Of a stretch of 64,000 nucleotides of DNA, positions 27,576-37,468 are shown in pieces. A program made the position numbers and the translations under genes. Within the stretch, counting starts at the first letter, position 1. Each line of letters opens with the position of its first letter. The notes below the pieces were generated by a model. The model was not told the origin of the DNA. It saw only the letters and a list, made by a program, of their open reading frames with translations, and ran no database searches. The stretch covers positions 3,618 through 67,617 of the forward strand of contig JACPWU010000021.1 in NCBI GenBank assembly GCA_016196885.1, written 5' to 3'. The stretch comes from Chlamydiota bacterium (GTDB lineage Bacteria; Auribacterota; JACPWU01).

Positions 27576-28349
27576 ATGAATCAGAAAAAACCTACTCAAA
27601 CCCATTGGGATGCCGTCTCCAAATGGTACGACCAGAAAGTCGGGAAAGAGGGCTCTGAGTATCACATGGAGGTTTTGATCCCCGGTCTTCTTCAAATGCT
27701 TCAGCCCCGAAAAGGGGAAAAAATCCTGGATCTGGGTTGCGGACAGGGAGTTCTTTGTCGGACCTTGGCCAAAGAAGGTGTGCACATGACCGGCATTGAC
27801 GCCAGTCCCCTCCTCATTGAAAGTGCCAAACGCTATCCTGAAGGAAAAAATTTGATTCATTATCAAGCGCACGAAGCCCAAAGTTTGAAAGGGATTCCAG
27901 ACACCTGTTTTGATGCCGTGGTTTCTCTCTTGGCCATTCAGAATATGAATCCGTTAGAATCCGTCATGAAAGAAGTCACACGTGTGGTTAAAAAAAGGGG
28001 GCATTTGCTCTGGGTTCTCAACCATCCTTGTTTTCGCATCCCGAAGGCATCTCACTGGGGTTTCGATGAAGAGGAAAAAATTCAGTATCGAAGAGTCGAC
28101 CGCTATTTAAGCCTGATGAAAGTTCCCATTCAAATGCATCCAGGGGAAAAACCGGATGTCGTGACCTGGTCTTTTCATCGCCCGCTTTCTTTTTATTTTG
28201 AATTGTTTGCCTCATTTGGCTGGGCGGTGACAGGACTTGAAGAATGGACTTCTCATAAGAAGAGTGAGCCGGGACCCCGCGCTAAAGCTGAAGATCGTGC
28301 CCGGTTAGAAATTCCGCTTTTTCTGGCAATCGGGGCAGAGAAAAGTTAA
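27576..28349 (+). CDS. Class I SAM-dependent methyltransferase
   Basis: Motif I ILDLGCGQGVL; 257 aa. Confidence 0.6.
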   Translation: MNQKKPTQTHWDAVSKWYDQKVGKEGSEYHMEVLIPGLLQMLQPRKGEKILDLGCGQGVLCRTLAKEGVHMTGIDASPLLIESAKRYPEGKNLIHYQAHEAQSLKGIPDTCFDAVVSLLAIQNMNPLESVMKEVTRVVKKRGHLLWVLNHPCFRIPKASHWGFDEEEKIQYRRVDRYLSLMKVPIQMHPGEKPDVVTWSFHRPLSFYFELFASFGWAVTGLEEWTSHKKSEPGPRAKAEDRARLEIPLFLAIGAEKS

Positions 28350-28433
28350 GAGAACCCGTGTATTTTTGAACAACCCCCCAAACGCTGTCATTTCGAACGA
28401 GCCAAGGCGAGTGAGAAATCTTGTTTTTAACGC

Positions 28434-28790
28434 TAGCCCACGTTTCATCTGAAAATAGTCTTTAGTTATTCTTATACAATAAGTTATGATGACTTGTAGT
28501 CGCCCGATTCATCGGGCAGCCCCATAAATGGGGCGACTACAAGGGTGATTTTCATCCCCCTTTGTGACGGACAGTCATGGCCGCGCGAGGAACGCCTGAG
28601 TCCGCCTTGGATGCGAGGAAGACGCTCCGTGCCATGTGAGGCGTATTTTACAGTACGTCGAGCACGGCCGACCTCTCTTGCGACGCCAGACGAGGCGGAC
28701 TTGGCGCTCGCAGCAGAAATGTGATGAGAAATGTGGGCCAGAAGAAAGATTTCTCAGTCGGGCATCCCGATGTAGCATCGGGATGCTCTT
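28434..28790. repeat. Composite repeat C1 (~355 bp: arm containing an A-core hairpin pair plus ~160-bp palindromic core)
   Basis: Arm tagccc(a/g)cgtttcatctgaaaatagtcttta...gtagtcgcccgattcatcgggcagccccataaatggggcgactacaagggtgattttcatccccctttgtgac...agtcatggcc is shared with C2 in inverted orientation; the core is shared in direct orientation. Confidence 0.65.
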
Positions 28791-28820
28791 CTTCGAAATG
28801 ACATGAGAGGGAGTTTTTTA

Positions 28821-29603
28821 CTATTTCACGACATTTTGTCGGAGAATATATTCATCCACTTCTCTTCGCGTGAGCTGCCGCGTTTCTCCTACTTTCAAAT
28901 CTCCAATTTCCAAATTTCCAATCGCCACTCGCCGAAGTTTCGAAACCTCTGATCCTACCGCTTCCAGCATCTTACGTATTTGGCGATTTTTCCCTTCCTT
29001 CAGAGTCATTTCAAGCCACGTACTGGCCTCATTTGTTTTTAGAATGTGACACTGACAGGGTTGAGTAAAAGCACCTTTATCCAATTTAACGCCTGAACGA
29101 AGCCTTTTGATTTGATCCTCACTCAATTTTCCCCGAGCCTTGACTTCGTAAGTTTTGGGAATCCCATATTCATGATTCGTCAAAACTTCCCCTAGCTCTG
29201 TGTCGTTTGTGAAAAATAAAAGGCCGGTGGTATTGGCATCCAAGCGCCCCACCGGAAAAACTCGAACGCTTAATTTAGGAAGAAATTGATAGACCGTTGT
29301 TCGGCCTTCAGGATCTTGAGCGGTCGTGATTACATCCAAAGGTTTATTGAGAACGAGGTAAATTTTAACTTGAGACCGGGCAATCTTGCCATCCCATTCA
29401 ATCACATCCTCTTCCACCCACGTTCGATGCTCCGGATCTCTCACCACCCGGTGATTCACCTTCACGCGACCGGCACGAATCCACTGACCTGCCTCACTGC
29501 GAGAAACAATTCCCAATTTCGAAAGGACCCTGGCCAAGCCGTGTCCACCCCTTCTTTCAGGCGTTCTAGATTTTTCTTTGGAATAAAATTTTTTATGCCT
29601 CAT
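28821..29603 (-). CDS. rluB: Pseudouridine synthase, RsuA/RluB family (S4 domain plus catalytic domain)
   Basis: S4-like N-terminus and catalytic-Asp motif RLDANTTGLLFFTND. Confidence 0.75.
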   Translation of the reverse strand: MRHKKFYSKEKSRTPERRGGHGLARVLSKLGIVSRSEAGQWIRAGRVKVNHRVVRDPEHRTWVEEDVIEWDGKIARSQVKIYLVLNKPLDVITTAQDPEGRTTVYQFLPKLSVRVFPVGRLDANTTGLLFFTNDTELGEVLTNHEYGIPKTYEVKARGKLSEDQIKRLRSGVKLDKGAFTQPCQCHILKTNEASTWLEMTLKEGKNRQIRKMLEAVGSEVSKLRRVAIGNLEIGDLKVGETRQLTRREVDEYILRQNVVK

Positions 29604-30573
29604 TTTTTTGACCCGCCGCCTTTCGAAGACGATTCATGATGGCTCGTCCCAATCCTTCTTCTGGGACCCTTTCTGCATCAATTTCCTGAAGTCCTGCATC
29701 ATCCAAATGGTGGAGCGCGGAAAATAAATTTGCAGCTGCCTCTTTAAAATCCCCACTCACAGACAAAATTTCAATATGCCCGTAATGAAGAGAACGTGAA
29801 GGAGCTCGAAAACACAGAAGCCCTATTTTCTCTGAAGCATTTTCTCTATATTGACCTCTTGAAATAAGGTTTACACGGGTTCTGGGCGAATAATGTCGCG
29901 CCATTTGACCTGGGGCTAAAATAGACGAAGGATTTTCAATACCCTCTCTTACAGGGCCAATCACTTTTTCAATTTTTTCAAGCACCCATCCCCCCGGTCT
30001 CAAAAGACAAGGCACCTTTTGGCTGAAATCTATAATCGTGGACTCTACACCGATTGAACAAGGACCGCCATCCAAAATGAGATCAACCTTTTCTCCAATT
30101 TGATCCATCACATGCTGCGCGGTTGTCGGGCTTAAATATTCAAAAGGATTTGCGCTGGGCGCCGCAATCGGACACTTGCTCTGGCGAATCAAATCCAGTG
30201 CGATCGGGTGGTTCGGTATCCGCAGCGCCACAGAAGGAAGTCCGGCCGTCACAATGTCTGGAACGATTTTTTTCTTTGGGAGAATCACCGTCAAAGGGCC
30301 CGGCCAAAACTTCTCCATTAATTTTTTAGCCTTTTCAGGAATAGAAGCAGCCAATGAATCTATTTGAGAGAAATCTGCTACATGAACAATAATGGGGTCC
30401 AATCGAGGCCGATTCTTTACTTCAAAAATTTTCGCCACCGCCATGGGATCCAACGCATTGGCCCCCAAACCATACACGGTTTCCGTTGGAAAAGCGACCA
30501 ATCCACCTTGCTGAATCAAAAGGGCCGCTTGATGAAGAATTTTGGGGGAAGAATTAACCAAATGAACTGTCAT
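29593..30573 (-). CDS. tsaC: L-threonylcarbamoyladenylate synthase (Sua5/YrdC with C-terminal Sua5 domain)
   Basis: YrdC motif AFPTETVYGLGANA; track ORF trimmed to MTVHLVNSS because the 28-aa N-terminal extension is translation of repeat B1. Confidence 0.75.
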   Translation of the reverse strand: MTVHLVNSSPKILHQAALLIQQGGLVAFPTETVYGLGANALDPMAVAKIFEVKNRPRLDPIIVHVADFSQIDSLAASIPEKAKKLMEKFWPGPLTVILPKKKIVPDIVTAGLPSVALRIPNHPIALDLIRQSKCPIAAPSANPFEYLSPTTAQHVMDQIGEKVDLILDGGPCSIGVESTIIDFSQKVPCLLRPGGWVLEKIEKVIGPVREGIENPSSILAPGQMARHYSPRTRVNLISRGQYRENASEKIGLLCFRAPSRSLHYGHIEILSVSGDFKEAAANLFSALHHLDDAGLQEIDAERVPEEGLGRAIMNRLRKAAGQKNEA

Positions 30574-30593
30574 AATAAAATTTTCCTTGAGAA

Positions 30594-30746
30594 GTGGGTG
30601 GTCCGACTGGGGGTCCCCCGACAAGCGCCAGCAGGTGGAGTCAACGGCTTCTAACAATAACCTATCAAGAACTGACCCGACACCGACCCCACAGGGGGGC
30701 TATAACCTCTGTGCCGTTGTCGGGGGTGAGGAGGAACAGGACCCAC
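30594..30746. repeat. Structured element family B, copy B1 (tsaC-sufT intergenic)
   Basis: Shares ccgactgggggtccccc...cgccagcaggtggag...cgaccccacagggg(g)ctataacctctgtgccg...gggggtgaggagg with B2 and B3; helix segments differ between copies but stay complementary. Confidence 0.7.
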
Positions 30747-30755
30747 TTCTCATCT

Positions 30756-31304
30756 TTAAAACCCCAACTGCAACTTCGCCGCCTCTGACATCATGCTCAT
30801 ATTCCAAGGGGGATCCCACACCCATTGCACATCGGCGTCTCTCACCCCTGGAATGCTTAAAATCTTGGTCTTTGCATCGGTCGCAAGGATAGACCCCATT
30901 CCGCAACCTGGCGCCGTCAAAGTCATTTTAACTTCAACCTTATTTCCACCTTCAGCCAAAGGCATGACACGGCAATCATAAACCAAACCCAACTCTACAA
31001 TATTAATGGGAATCTCGGGATCAAAACAGGTTCTTAATTGATCCCAAACCATTTTTTCAATATCCGCCCCCTCTGAAGCTTGAGGAGCTCTTGCCTCTGG
31101 TGGAATTTCTTTTCCAAGCGCGTCTGCATCCTTTCCCTCAATTCTCACCATGTAAAGCTCAGGCGTAATCACCGTGTAAGAACCGCCCAAAGTTTGAGTG
31201 AGGGTGACCACCGAGCCACAACGCAGCATCATGGGCGTCCCATCCGGTATCTGAATAGCCGGGCAGTCCCGCGTTAAACTAACTCGTTCTTGTGTTTTCA
31301 TCAT
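30756..31304 (-). CDS. sufT: SufT-like Fe-S assembly protein (DUF59/MIP18) with about 75-aa N-terminal extension of unknown family
   Basis: C-terminal DUF59 region MVWDQLRTCFDPEIPINIVELGLVYD...APGCGMG; sits inside the suf cluster; flanked on both sides by B-family structured elements. Confidence 0.6.
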   Translation of the reverse strand: MMKTQERVSLTRDCPAIQIPDGTPMMLRCGSVVTLTQTLGGSYTVITPELYMVRIEGKDADALGKEIPPEARAPQASEGADIEKMVWDQLRTCFDPEIPINIVELGLVYDCRVMPLAEGGNKVEVKMTLTAPGCGMGSILATDAKTKILSIPGVRDADVQWVWDPPWNMSMMSEAAKLQLGF

Positions 31305-31323
31305 TCACTCTACCTCCAACAAA

Positions 31324-31472
31324 GCGGGTGTCCCGACTGGGGGTCCCCCACTGTGCGCCAGCAGGTGGAGTCCTACATCTCCTTACTTCCATATGTGACT
31401 TTCCCGACACCGACCCCACAGGGGCTATAACCTCTGTGCCGACAGTGGGGGTGAGGAGGGACAGGCCCCGCT
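31324..31472. repeat. Structured element family B, copy B2 (sufT-sufU intergenic)
   Basis: As B1; terminal helix gcggg/cccgc and internal helix actgtg/cacagt. Confidence 0.7.
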
Positions 31473-31479
31473 ACCTTAA

Positions 31480-31941
31480 TTACACATTATCCTCTGTCGT
31501 CACGGCCTGACCCCTTTTTCCCAGGGCTGCCTTCAAGGTATGCCAAGCCAGCGTGGCACATTTTACCCGTGTGGGATATTCCGAGACACCGGAAAAAACA
31601 GCCAATTTACCCAGTAATTTTAAATCGAAACCAGCGTTTGTCGGACCCGAAAGCATTTTGTGAAAATTTTGGAACAATAGAAGAGCCTCCTGCTTCGTCT
31701 TGCCTTTTACCCCTGTCGTCATCATCGATGCCGAGGATTTCGAAATTGCGCAACCCGATCCTTGAAAACCGATGTCCTGGATTTGATCCCCTTTCATTTG
31801 CAAATAAAGATTCAGACGATCCCCACACAAAGGGTTATAGCCTTCCGCCACATGATCCGCATTTTCAATCGCATGAAAGTTGCGGGGATTTTTGTTATGA
31901 TCCAAAATCATTTCTTGATAGAGTTCATTTAATTCGCTCAT
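31480..31941 (-). CDS. sufU: SufU/IscU-like Fe-S scaffold (NifU N-terminal domain)
   Basis: NPLCGD...GSGCAISKSSASMM...EYPTRVKCATLAWH contains the three conserved Cys. Confidence 0.7.
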   Translation of the reverse strand: MSELNELYQEMILDHNKNPRNFHAIENADHVAEGYNPLCGDRLNLYLQMKGDQIQDIGFQGSGCAISKSSASMMTTGVKGKTKQEALLLFQNFHKMLSGPTNAGFDLKLLGKLAVFSGVSEYPTRVKCATLAWHTLKAALGKRGQAVTTEDNV

Positions 31942-33233
31942 CCAAAAATCTCCGTCACATGCCCAAGCGCCTCAACCATCACGTCAATTTCAGAGCGAGT
32001 ATTGTAAAGCGCAAAAGAGGCCCTCACCGTAGCAGGAACCCCCAGAAAATCCATGAGCGGCATGGTACAGTGATGCCCCGCTCGCAGTGCCACCCCGGCT
32101 CGATCCAACACGGTTCCTACATCATGGGCATGAACAAGGTCAAAGACAAAGGAAACAATGCCAGCGCGATCAGAGGGTTCTCCCACCAAACGCAAAGTCG
32201 GCACCGATAAAAGCAATTTCACACCATAAGTTACAAGATCTTTTTCATGCACCGCGATCGCCTCCAAACCCACACTTCGAATGTAATCCAAGTAAAGCGT
32301 CTTCTCAAATGTGACACGGCTGATCATGTCACCGCCTCCCTGATAGGGCGGCATTTTTTCAAGCCGTTCTTTCTTTCCATAAAGAACGCCAATGCCCGTG
32401 GGACCATAAATTTTATGCCCCGAAAAAACATAAAAATCTGCGTCCAGCACCTGCACATCCACTTTTAAATGGGCCACTGCTTGGGCCCCATCTACCAAAA
32501 CAGGAATACCTTTGGCATGGGCCATTTGAATCATTTTTTGGACAGGATTCACCGTCCCTAGTGCATTGGAAACATGAACGATCGAAACTAATTTTGTCCG
32601 AGCATTCAAAAGTCGCTCATATTCCTCTAATAAAAGTTCACCCTTCTTATTGATAGGAATGACGCGCAGCTTCGCACCCATTTGCTCACACAACATTTGC
32701 CAAGGAACAATGTTGGAATGGTGTTCCATTGCAGAAATCAAAATTTCGTCACCCGCTTTTAAAAAAGTGCGCCCGAAACTTTGTGCAACCAAGTTAATGG
32801 CCTCCGTTGTTCCACGTACGAAAACAATCTCACACACCTCTTTTGCATGGATGAAGCGTTGAACTTTCCCCCGAGCCGCTTCATAATCCTGCGTGGCCCT
32901 TTCGCTCAAAAAATGAATGCCGCGATGAATATTCGCATTCTCATCTGAATAATATTGATTCAGAACGTCAATGACCCACAGAGGTTTTTGCGTCGTCGCT
33001 GCATTGTCCAAATAAACGAGCGGCTTCCCATAAATTTTCTGCCTCAAAATGGGAAAATCCTGCCGCAGCCTCTTGACATCGAGAGAGGATGGACATAACG
33101 CACTACCTGATACATCGTTAACCCCTCCAACTCCCCTTGGATAACGGGAGAACTCCCCTCTTATTCTAAGAGGGGCTGGGGGAGTTAATTCATTTTCACC
33201 CTTTGAATGGGCCATTTTTCCCCTTGCCTTCAT
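31938..33233 (-). CDS. sufS: Cysteine desulfurase SufS (start uncertain; about 50-aa N-terminal extension overlaps repeat E1)
   Basis: Class V aminotransferase with DFPIL entry motif, SGHK PLP lysine and RAGHHC active-site Cys. Confidence 0.75.
   Translation of the reverse strand: MKARGKMAHSKGENELTPPAPLRIRGEFSRYPRGVGGVNDVSGSALCPSSLDVKRLRQDFPILRQKIYGKPLVYLDNAATTQKPLWVIDVLNQYYSDENANIHRGIHFLSERATQDYEAARGKVQRFIHAKEVCEIVFVRGTTEAINLVAQSFGRTFLKAGDEILISAMEHHSNIVPWQMLCEQMGAKLRVIPINKKGELLLEEYERLLNARTKLVSIVHVSNALGTVNPVQKMIQMAHAKGIPVLVDGAQAVAHLKVDVQVLDADFYVFSGHKIYGPTGIGVLYGKKERLEKMPPYQGGGDMISRVTFEKTLYLDYIRSVGLEAIAVHEKDLVTYGVKLLLSVPTLRLVGEPSDRAGIVSFVFDLVHAHDVGTVLDRAGVALRAGHHCTMPLMDFLGVPATVRASFALYNTRSEIDVMVEALGHVTEIFG
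33147..33188. repeat. Repeat E1 (gggagaactcccctcttattctaagaggggctgggggagttaa) inside the 5' extension of the sufS ORF
   Basis: Shares (a)agagggctgggggagtta with E2; contains hairpin cccctctta-ttc-taagagggg. Confidence 0.5.
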
Positions 33234-34510
33234 AGCAACCTTCCCAACAACACCTCCTCCACCCTCTGCCGCACCGGCTCCAGCCGAATCTGATCCGTCA
33301 CTTCATGCATAAACCCATAGGTTAAAAGCCTTCGAGCGGCTGCCTCCCCCAACCCTCGGGTCTTCAAATAAAAAAGGGGCTCTTCTTCCAATTGACCCAC
33401 AGCAGCTCCATGCGTACACTTCACATCATCCGCCAAAATTTCCAATTGGGGTCTTGTGTCCACTTTGGCATCCTTTGAAAGCAAAAGATTTTGATTGGTC
33501 TGCTGTGCATCCGTTTTTTGAGCGCCGTGCCTCACCAAAATCTTTCCATAAAAAACGGCCGTGGACCGCCCCGACAAGACGCCTTTATAAAGCTGACGGC
33601 TGGTTCCCTGAGGAAAGGCATGATCCACAAAAGTGGTGTTATCCACATGCTGGCCTTCTTCTGTCCAATAAAGCCCATTTGAAACACACTCACTGCCTTC
33701 CCCGCGAAGGGTCATATTTAAATCATTGCGAACCAACTTTCCAGAAAGGGTGGCAACGGCATGAGAAAAAAAACTGTTCCGTTCTTGGTTCACATAAGAA
33801 GACCCGATGTGAAATGCTTTTCCCCCTTGTTTCTGGATTTGAATCAACTCTAGCCTGGCCCCTTCTTTCAAAACCATTTCTGTTAAAGGACTCGAGAAAT
33901 AAACTTCTCCATCCAACCCCACATGACTTTCCACCACGGTCGCTTCACTGTGCTCATTCAACACGAAAAGATTTCTTGGGAAAATGGCCTCAGGCCTCTG
34001 GCAAGAATAAATAAAAAGAAAATGAATCGGATGCTGGATTTTAGCCCCTTTCGGAATTTCCAAAAAAAGCCCCTCTTGAAAAAGAGCCGTGTTTAAAGCA
34101 TCCAACGGCTTTTCTTTTCTCTCTTGGTCGAAATATTTTTGAAAACTTTTTTCATGGACAGCTTCTCTTAAAGATTTTATCTGGAGCCCTTGAGATTTTC
34201 GGGAAAGAGACTCCGTATAAAACCCATTCACAAAAACCAAACGGTCTGCGGGTAAATCTTCTAAGAAGAGAGGCCCTGGGGAGAGAGGCAAAGAAGGAGG
34301 GTGAAAAGAAATTTCGTAAGGGGTATTCACCACCTGTGAAACATCCGTATATTTCCACTCTTCCCTCTCTTGAGTCGGGAAGCCCAGAGGGGAAAATTGG
34401 TCAAAGGCTTTTTGACGAAGGGCTCGAAGGAAAGAGCCCTCCTTTTGCCTTTGAAGAAATTCAAAGGCTGAAACAAAAGAATCCATTTTAGAAACGAACC
34501 CAGCGCTCAC
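33230..34510 (-). CDS. sufD: Fe-S cluster assembly protein SufD
   Basis: 426 aa right-handed beta-helix SufBD family member between sufC and sufS. Confidence 0.75.
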   Translation of the reverse strand: MSAGFVSKMDSFVSAFEFLQRQKEGSFLRALRQKAFDQFSPLGFPTQEREEWKYTDVSQVVNTPYEISFHPPSLPLSPGPLFLEDLPADRLVFVNGFYTESLSRKSQGLQIKSLREAVHEKSFQKYFDQERKEKPLDALNTALFQEGLFLEIPKGAKIQHPIHFLFIYSCQRPEAIFPRNLFVLNEHSEATVVESHVGLDGEVYFSSPLTEMVLKEGARLELIQIQKQGGKAFHIGSSYVNQERNSFFSHAVATLSGKLVRNDLNMTLRGEGSECVSNGLYWTEEGQHVDNTTFVDHAFPQGTSRQLYKGVLSGRSTAVFYGKILVRHGAQKTDAQQTNQNLLLSKDAKVDTRPQLEILADDVKCTHGAAVGQLEEEPLFYLKTRGLGEAAARRLLTYGFMHEVTDQIRLEPVRQRVEEVLLGRLL

Positions 34511-34519
34511 AACGCCTCC

Positions 34520-35281
34520 TCACGATTTGGCCGAGGCTAAAGAATCCTTCACCCCATCATAGCCTTCCCTCTCCAGTTGAAGGGCAAGGTCTTTGCTCCC
34601 GGACTTCACAATGCGACCTTCTAAAAGCACATGCACAAAATCTGGCACAATGTAATTCAAGAGCCTCTGATAATGGGTCACCACCATCATCGAACGATCT
34701 GGCGATCTCAACTGATTAACCCCTGCGGCCACGATTTTCAAGGCATCAATGTCCAGCCCTGAATCCGTTTCATCCAAAATAGCAAGTCGCGGTTCTAACA
34801 CCGTCATCTGTAAAATCTCGTTTCGCTTCTTTTCTCCACCCGAAAAACTTTCATTCACAGAGCGATGGGCCAAGGTTTGATCCATTTCGACCTGTTTCAA
34901 TTTTTTATTAAACAATTCTAAAAACTCCATCGCGTCCAATTCCGGGAGACCTTTGGCCACCCGAACTTCATTCAACGCCGCCTTCAAAAAATAGGTATTG
35001 CTCACACCCGGAATTTCAACCGGATATTGAAACGCGAGAAAAATTCCTTCTCGGGCCCTCATTTCAGGTTCCATCTTCAGAAGATTGTTTCCCTCAAAAA
35101 GAACTTCACCCTTTGTCACTGTATAAGCAGGATCTCCCGCTAAAACCTTAGCCAAAGTGCTTTTTCCAGAGCCATTCGGCCCCATCACCGCATGCACCTC
35201 ACCCTTGTTAATTTTGAGTGAAATTCCTTTAAGGATTTGAACACCTTCTATACTCACATGCAAATTCTTGATCTCTAACAT
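34520..35281 (-). CDS. sufC: Fe-S cluster assembly ATPase SufC
   Basis: Walker [10 protein letters not shown], signature FSGGEKKR, Walker [12 protein letters not shown]; ATG at 35281 preferred over the track's TTG at 35293. Confidence 0.85.
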   Translation of the reverse strand: MLEIKNLHVSIEGVQILKGISLKINKGEVHAVMGPNGSGKSTLAKVLAGDPAYTVTKGEVLFEGNNLLKMEPEMRAREGIFLAFQYPVEIPGVSNTYFLKAALNEVRVAKGLPELDAMEFLELFNKKLKQVEMDQTLAHRSVNESFSGGEKKRNEILQMTVLEPRLAILDETDSGLDIDALKIVAAGVNQLRSPDRSMMVVTHYQRLLNYIVPDFVHVLLEGRIVKSGSKDLALQLEREGYDGVKDSLASAKS

Positions 35282-35290
35282 GCCCGCCTC

Positions 35291-35329
35291 CAACCTTTGA
35301 ACTTTTGAACCCTTAAACTTTTGAACCTT
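35291..35329. repeat. Tandem-repeat element H1 (GGTTCAAAAGTT units) in the sufB-sufC intergenic region
   Basis: caacctttgaacttttgaacccttaaacttttgaacc. Confidence 0.45.
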
Positions 35330-35332
35330 TTT

Positions 35333-36766
35333 TTACCCCACACTTCCTTCCAAACTCACACCCAAAAGTTTCGAGGCTTCCACCGCAAACTCCATCGGTA
35401 AATTGCGAAACACCTCTTTACAAAATCCATTCACAATCATGTTCACCGCATTCTCACTGGAAATCCCCCGCTGCTTACAATAAAAAAGCTGCTCATCACT
35501 GATTTTTGAGGTGGATGCCTCATGCCCTACCTTGGAAGAGTTATTCTGGACCTCGATATAAGGAAAGGTGTTGGCCGCACAGTCGCTTCCCAAAAGCAAT
35601 GAATCGCATTGCGTGTAATTGCGTGCATTTTGGGCTTTTGGAAGCACCTTCACCAATCCCCGATAGGTGTTATTGCCATGCCGTGCTGAAATCCCTTTTG
35701 AAATAATGGTGCTTCGCGTATTTTTCCCCACATGAATCATTTTGGTTCCCGTATCGGCCTGCTGATAATTGTTGCAGAGCGCCACCGAATAAAATTCGCC
35801 CACCGAATCATCTCCTATCAAAATCACACTCGGATATTTCCACGTAATGGCCGAACCTGTTTCCACCTGAGTCCAGGTGATTTTAGAATTTCGTCCCACA
35901 CACTTTCCTCGCTTCGTCACAAAATTATAAATACCACCTTTGCCTTCTTTATCACCCGAATACCAATTCTGCACCGTCGAATATTTGATAGAGGCCTTTT
36001 CCTGAGCCACCAACTCCACCACCGCCGCGTGAAGCTGATTTGTATCTCTGAGGGGTGCAGAGCAACCTTCAAGATAACTTACATAGCTTCCCTCTTCAGC
36101 CACAATCAACGTCCGTTCAAATTGCCCCGTCTCGGCGGCATTGATTCTGAAATAAGTAGATAGCTCCATCGGACAGCGCACCCCTTTGGGGATATAACAA
36201 AAAGAACCATCACTAAACACCGCGGCATTTAAGGCCGCATAAAAATTATCCGTATAAGGAACCACGGAACCCAAATATTTTTGAATGAGATCTGGATGAT
36301 TTTGAACCGCCTCTGAAAAAGAACAAAAAATAACCCCTGCCTTGGACAATTGCTCTTTGAAAGTCGTGGCAACCGAAACGCTGTCAAACACCGCATCCAC
36401 GGCCACACCCGCCAGTCGCTTTTGCTCTTCAAGCGGAATGCCCAATTTCTCAAATGTGGTGAGCAACTCTTTATCCACTTCCTCAAGGCTGTTTAATTTT
36501 GGTTTTTTCTTGGGCGCGGAATAATAAATGATGTCCTGATAATCAATTTTGGGGTAATGCACATGCGACCAGCTAGGTTCTTTCATCGTCAACCAATGCC
36601 GATAGGCCTTCAAACGCCACTCCAACATAAAAGAAGGCTCGTTCTTCTTCTGGGAAATGAGACGAATCACATCCTCACTCAACCCTTTCGGAAGAGTATC
36701 CACCTCCATGGGTGTCACAAAACCATATTTGTATTCTTGTTGAATGAATGAATCTGGCTTATTCAT
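35333..36766 (-). CDS. sufB: Fe-S cluster assembly protein SufB
   Basis: 477 aa; highly conserved SufB C-terminal region. Confidence 0.85.
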   Translation of the reverse strand: MNKPDSFIQQEYKYGFVTPMEVDTLPKGLSEDVIRLISQKKNEPSFMLEWRLKAYRHWLTMKEPSWSHVHYPKIDYQDIIYYSAPKKKPKLNSLEEVDKELLTTFEKLGIPLEEQKRLAGVAVDAVFDSVSVATTFKEQLSKAGVIFCSFSEAVQNHPDLIQKYLGSVVPYTDNFYAALNAAVFSDGSFCYIPKGVRCPMELSTYFRINAAETGQFERTLIVAEEGSYVSYLEGCSAPLRDTNQLHAAVVELVAQEKASIKYSTVQNWYSGDKEGKGGIYNFVTKRGKCVGRNSKITWTQVETGSAITWKYPSVILIGDDSVGEFYSVALCNNYQQADTGTKMIHVGKNTRSTIISKGISARHGNNTYRGLVKVLPKAQNARNYTQCDSLLLGSDCAANTFPYIEVQNNSSKVGHEASTSKISDEQLFYCKQRGISSENAVNMIVNGFCKEVFRNLPMEFAVEASKLLGVSLEGSVG

Positions 36767-36921
36767 AACATCTGCTCCTGACTACCTTTCTAAACTACAA
36801 CACACGCCGCTTCACTTGTCATCTCGAGGAGCGCTTTTTGCGACGAGAGATCTTTCTCTTGAAAATGACAATATAACGCAACAAACTAGACTAAATCACT
36901 CTGATTAAACAACAAAAAAAA

Positions 36922-37368
36922 TTAACCCGCCTGCGGCATTAGATGTTCGATCTTTCTTGCGTCCTTTGCCATCATTTCAAGCGTCATCGAGCCAAAAAAA
37001 TCATCCAAAACCTTTTTCGTCTTTTTCCAAATCGGTGTAATCCCACACAAGCAAAAATGCGTGCACACAATATGCTCTCTCACCTGGGGCTCGCAAAATA
37101 CCTCAAACGTGCTGCCTTCCAAAGCCTCAATGACGTCTTTCAATGTAATTTCGCATGCCGCTCTGGCCAAGGAATACCCACCTTCTTTCCCCTGATGCGA
37201 CACGACAATATGTGCGGCCCTCAAATGCTGCATGATCTTTTCAATATAGGTCGCCGAAAAATGCTCTCGCTGGGCAATTTCCTTCACGGTCACGAGGTCA
37301 CCCGAAGCCTTCCGCGCCATATAAACAAGACACACAAAGCCATATTCCGTCTTTGTCGTAAACCGCAT
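36922..37368 (-). CDS. iscR: Rrf2-family transcriptional regulator with Cys cluster (IscR-like)
   Basis: wHTH N-terminus MRFTTKTEYGFVCLVYMA plus Cys-rich ligand region CEPQVREHIVCTHFCLCG; immediately upstream of sufBCDS. Confidence 0.75.
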   Translation of the reverse strand: MRFTTKTEYGFVCLVYMARKASGDLVTVKEIAQREHFSATYIEKIMQHLRAAHIVVSHQGKEGGYSLARAACEITLKDVIEALEGSTFEVFCEPQVREHIVCTHFCLCGITPIWKKTKKVLDDFFGSMTLEMMAKDARKIEHLMPQAG

Positions 37369-37468
37369 GTTATGATCCTCTTAGCTCATCTTACTAAATC
37401 AGACTCTTTTTGTCCATATTAAAAAATATCAGACATTCAGATATTTTTGTTAACGGATACTGAATAAA
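37369..37468. promoter_or_regulatory. Rrf2-regulator upstream region with three (A/T)ATCAG(A/G) repeats (candidate autoregulatory operator)
   Basis: taaatcagactc, atatcagacattc, aataaatcaggtaaa within 100 bp upstream of the Rrf2 gene start. Confidence 0.3.

Noticed and set aside
28575-28778. Arg-rich 67-aa ORF inside composite repeat C1 (and 51393..51623 inside C2)
   Set aside because: It lies within a palindromic repeat core, the composition is driven by GC-rich stem sequence, and the C2 homologue is on the other strand with a different frame.
29593-30657. Long N-terminal extension of tsaC (MLEAVDSTCWRLSGDPQSDHPLLKENFI)
   Set aside because: The extension is the translation of structured repeat B1. 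The conserved Sua5/YrdC domain begins at the internal Met (30573).
30594-30746. Hammerhead or twister ribozyme identity for B elements
   Set aside because: No CUGAUGA/GAAA hammerhead core. A twister-like resemblance (GGAGGG-type motifs) is too vague to support without a covariance-model search. Left as an unknown family.
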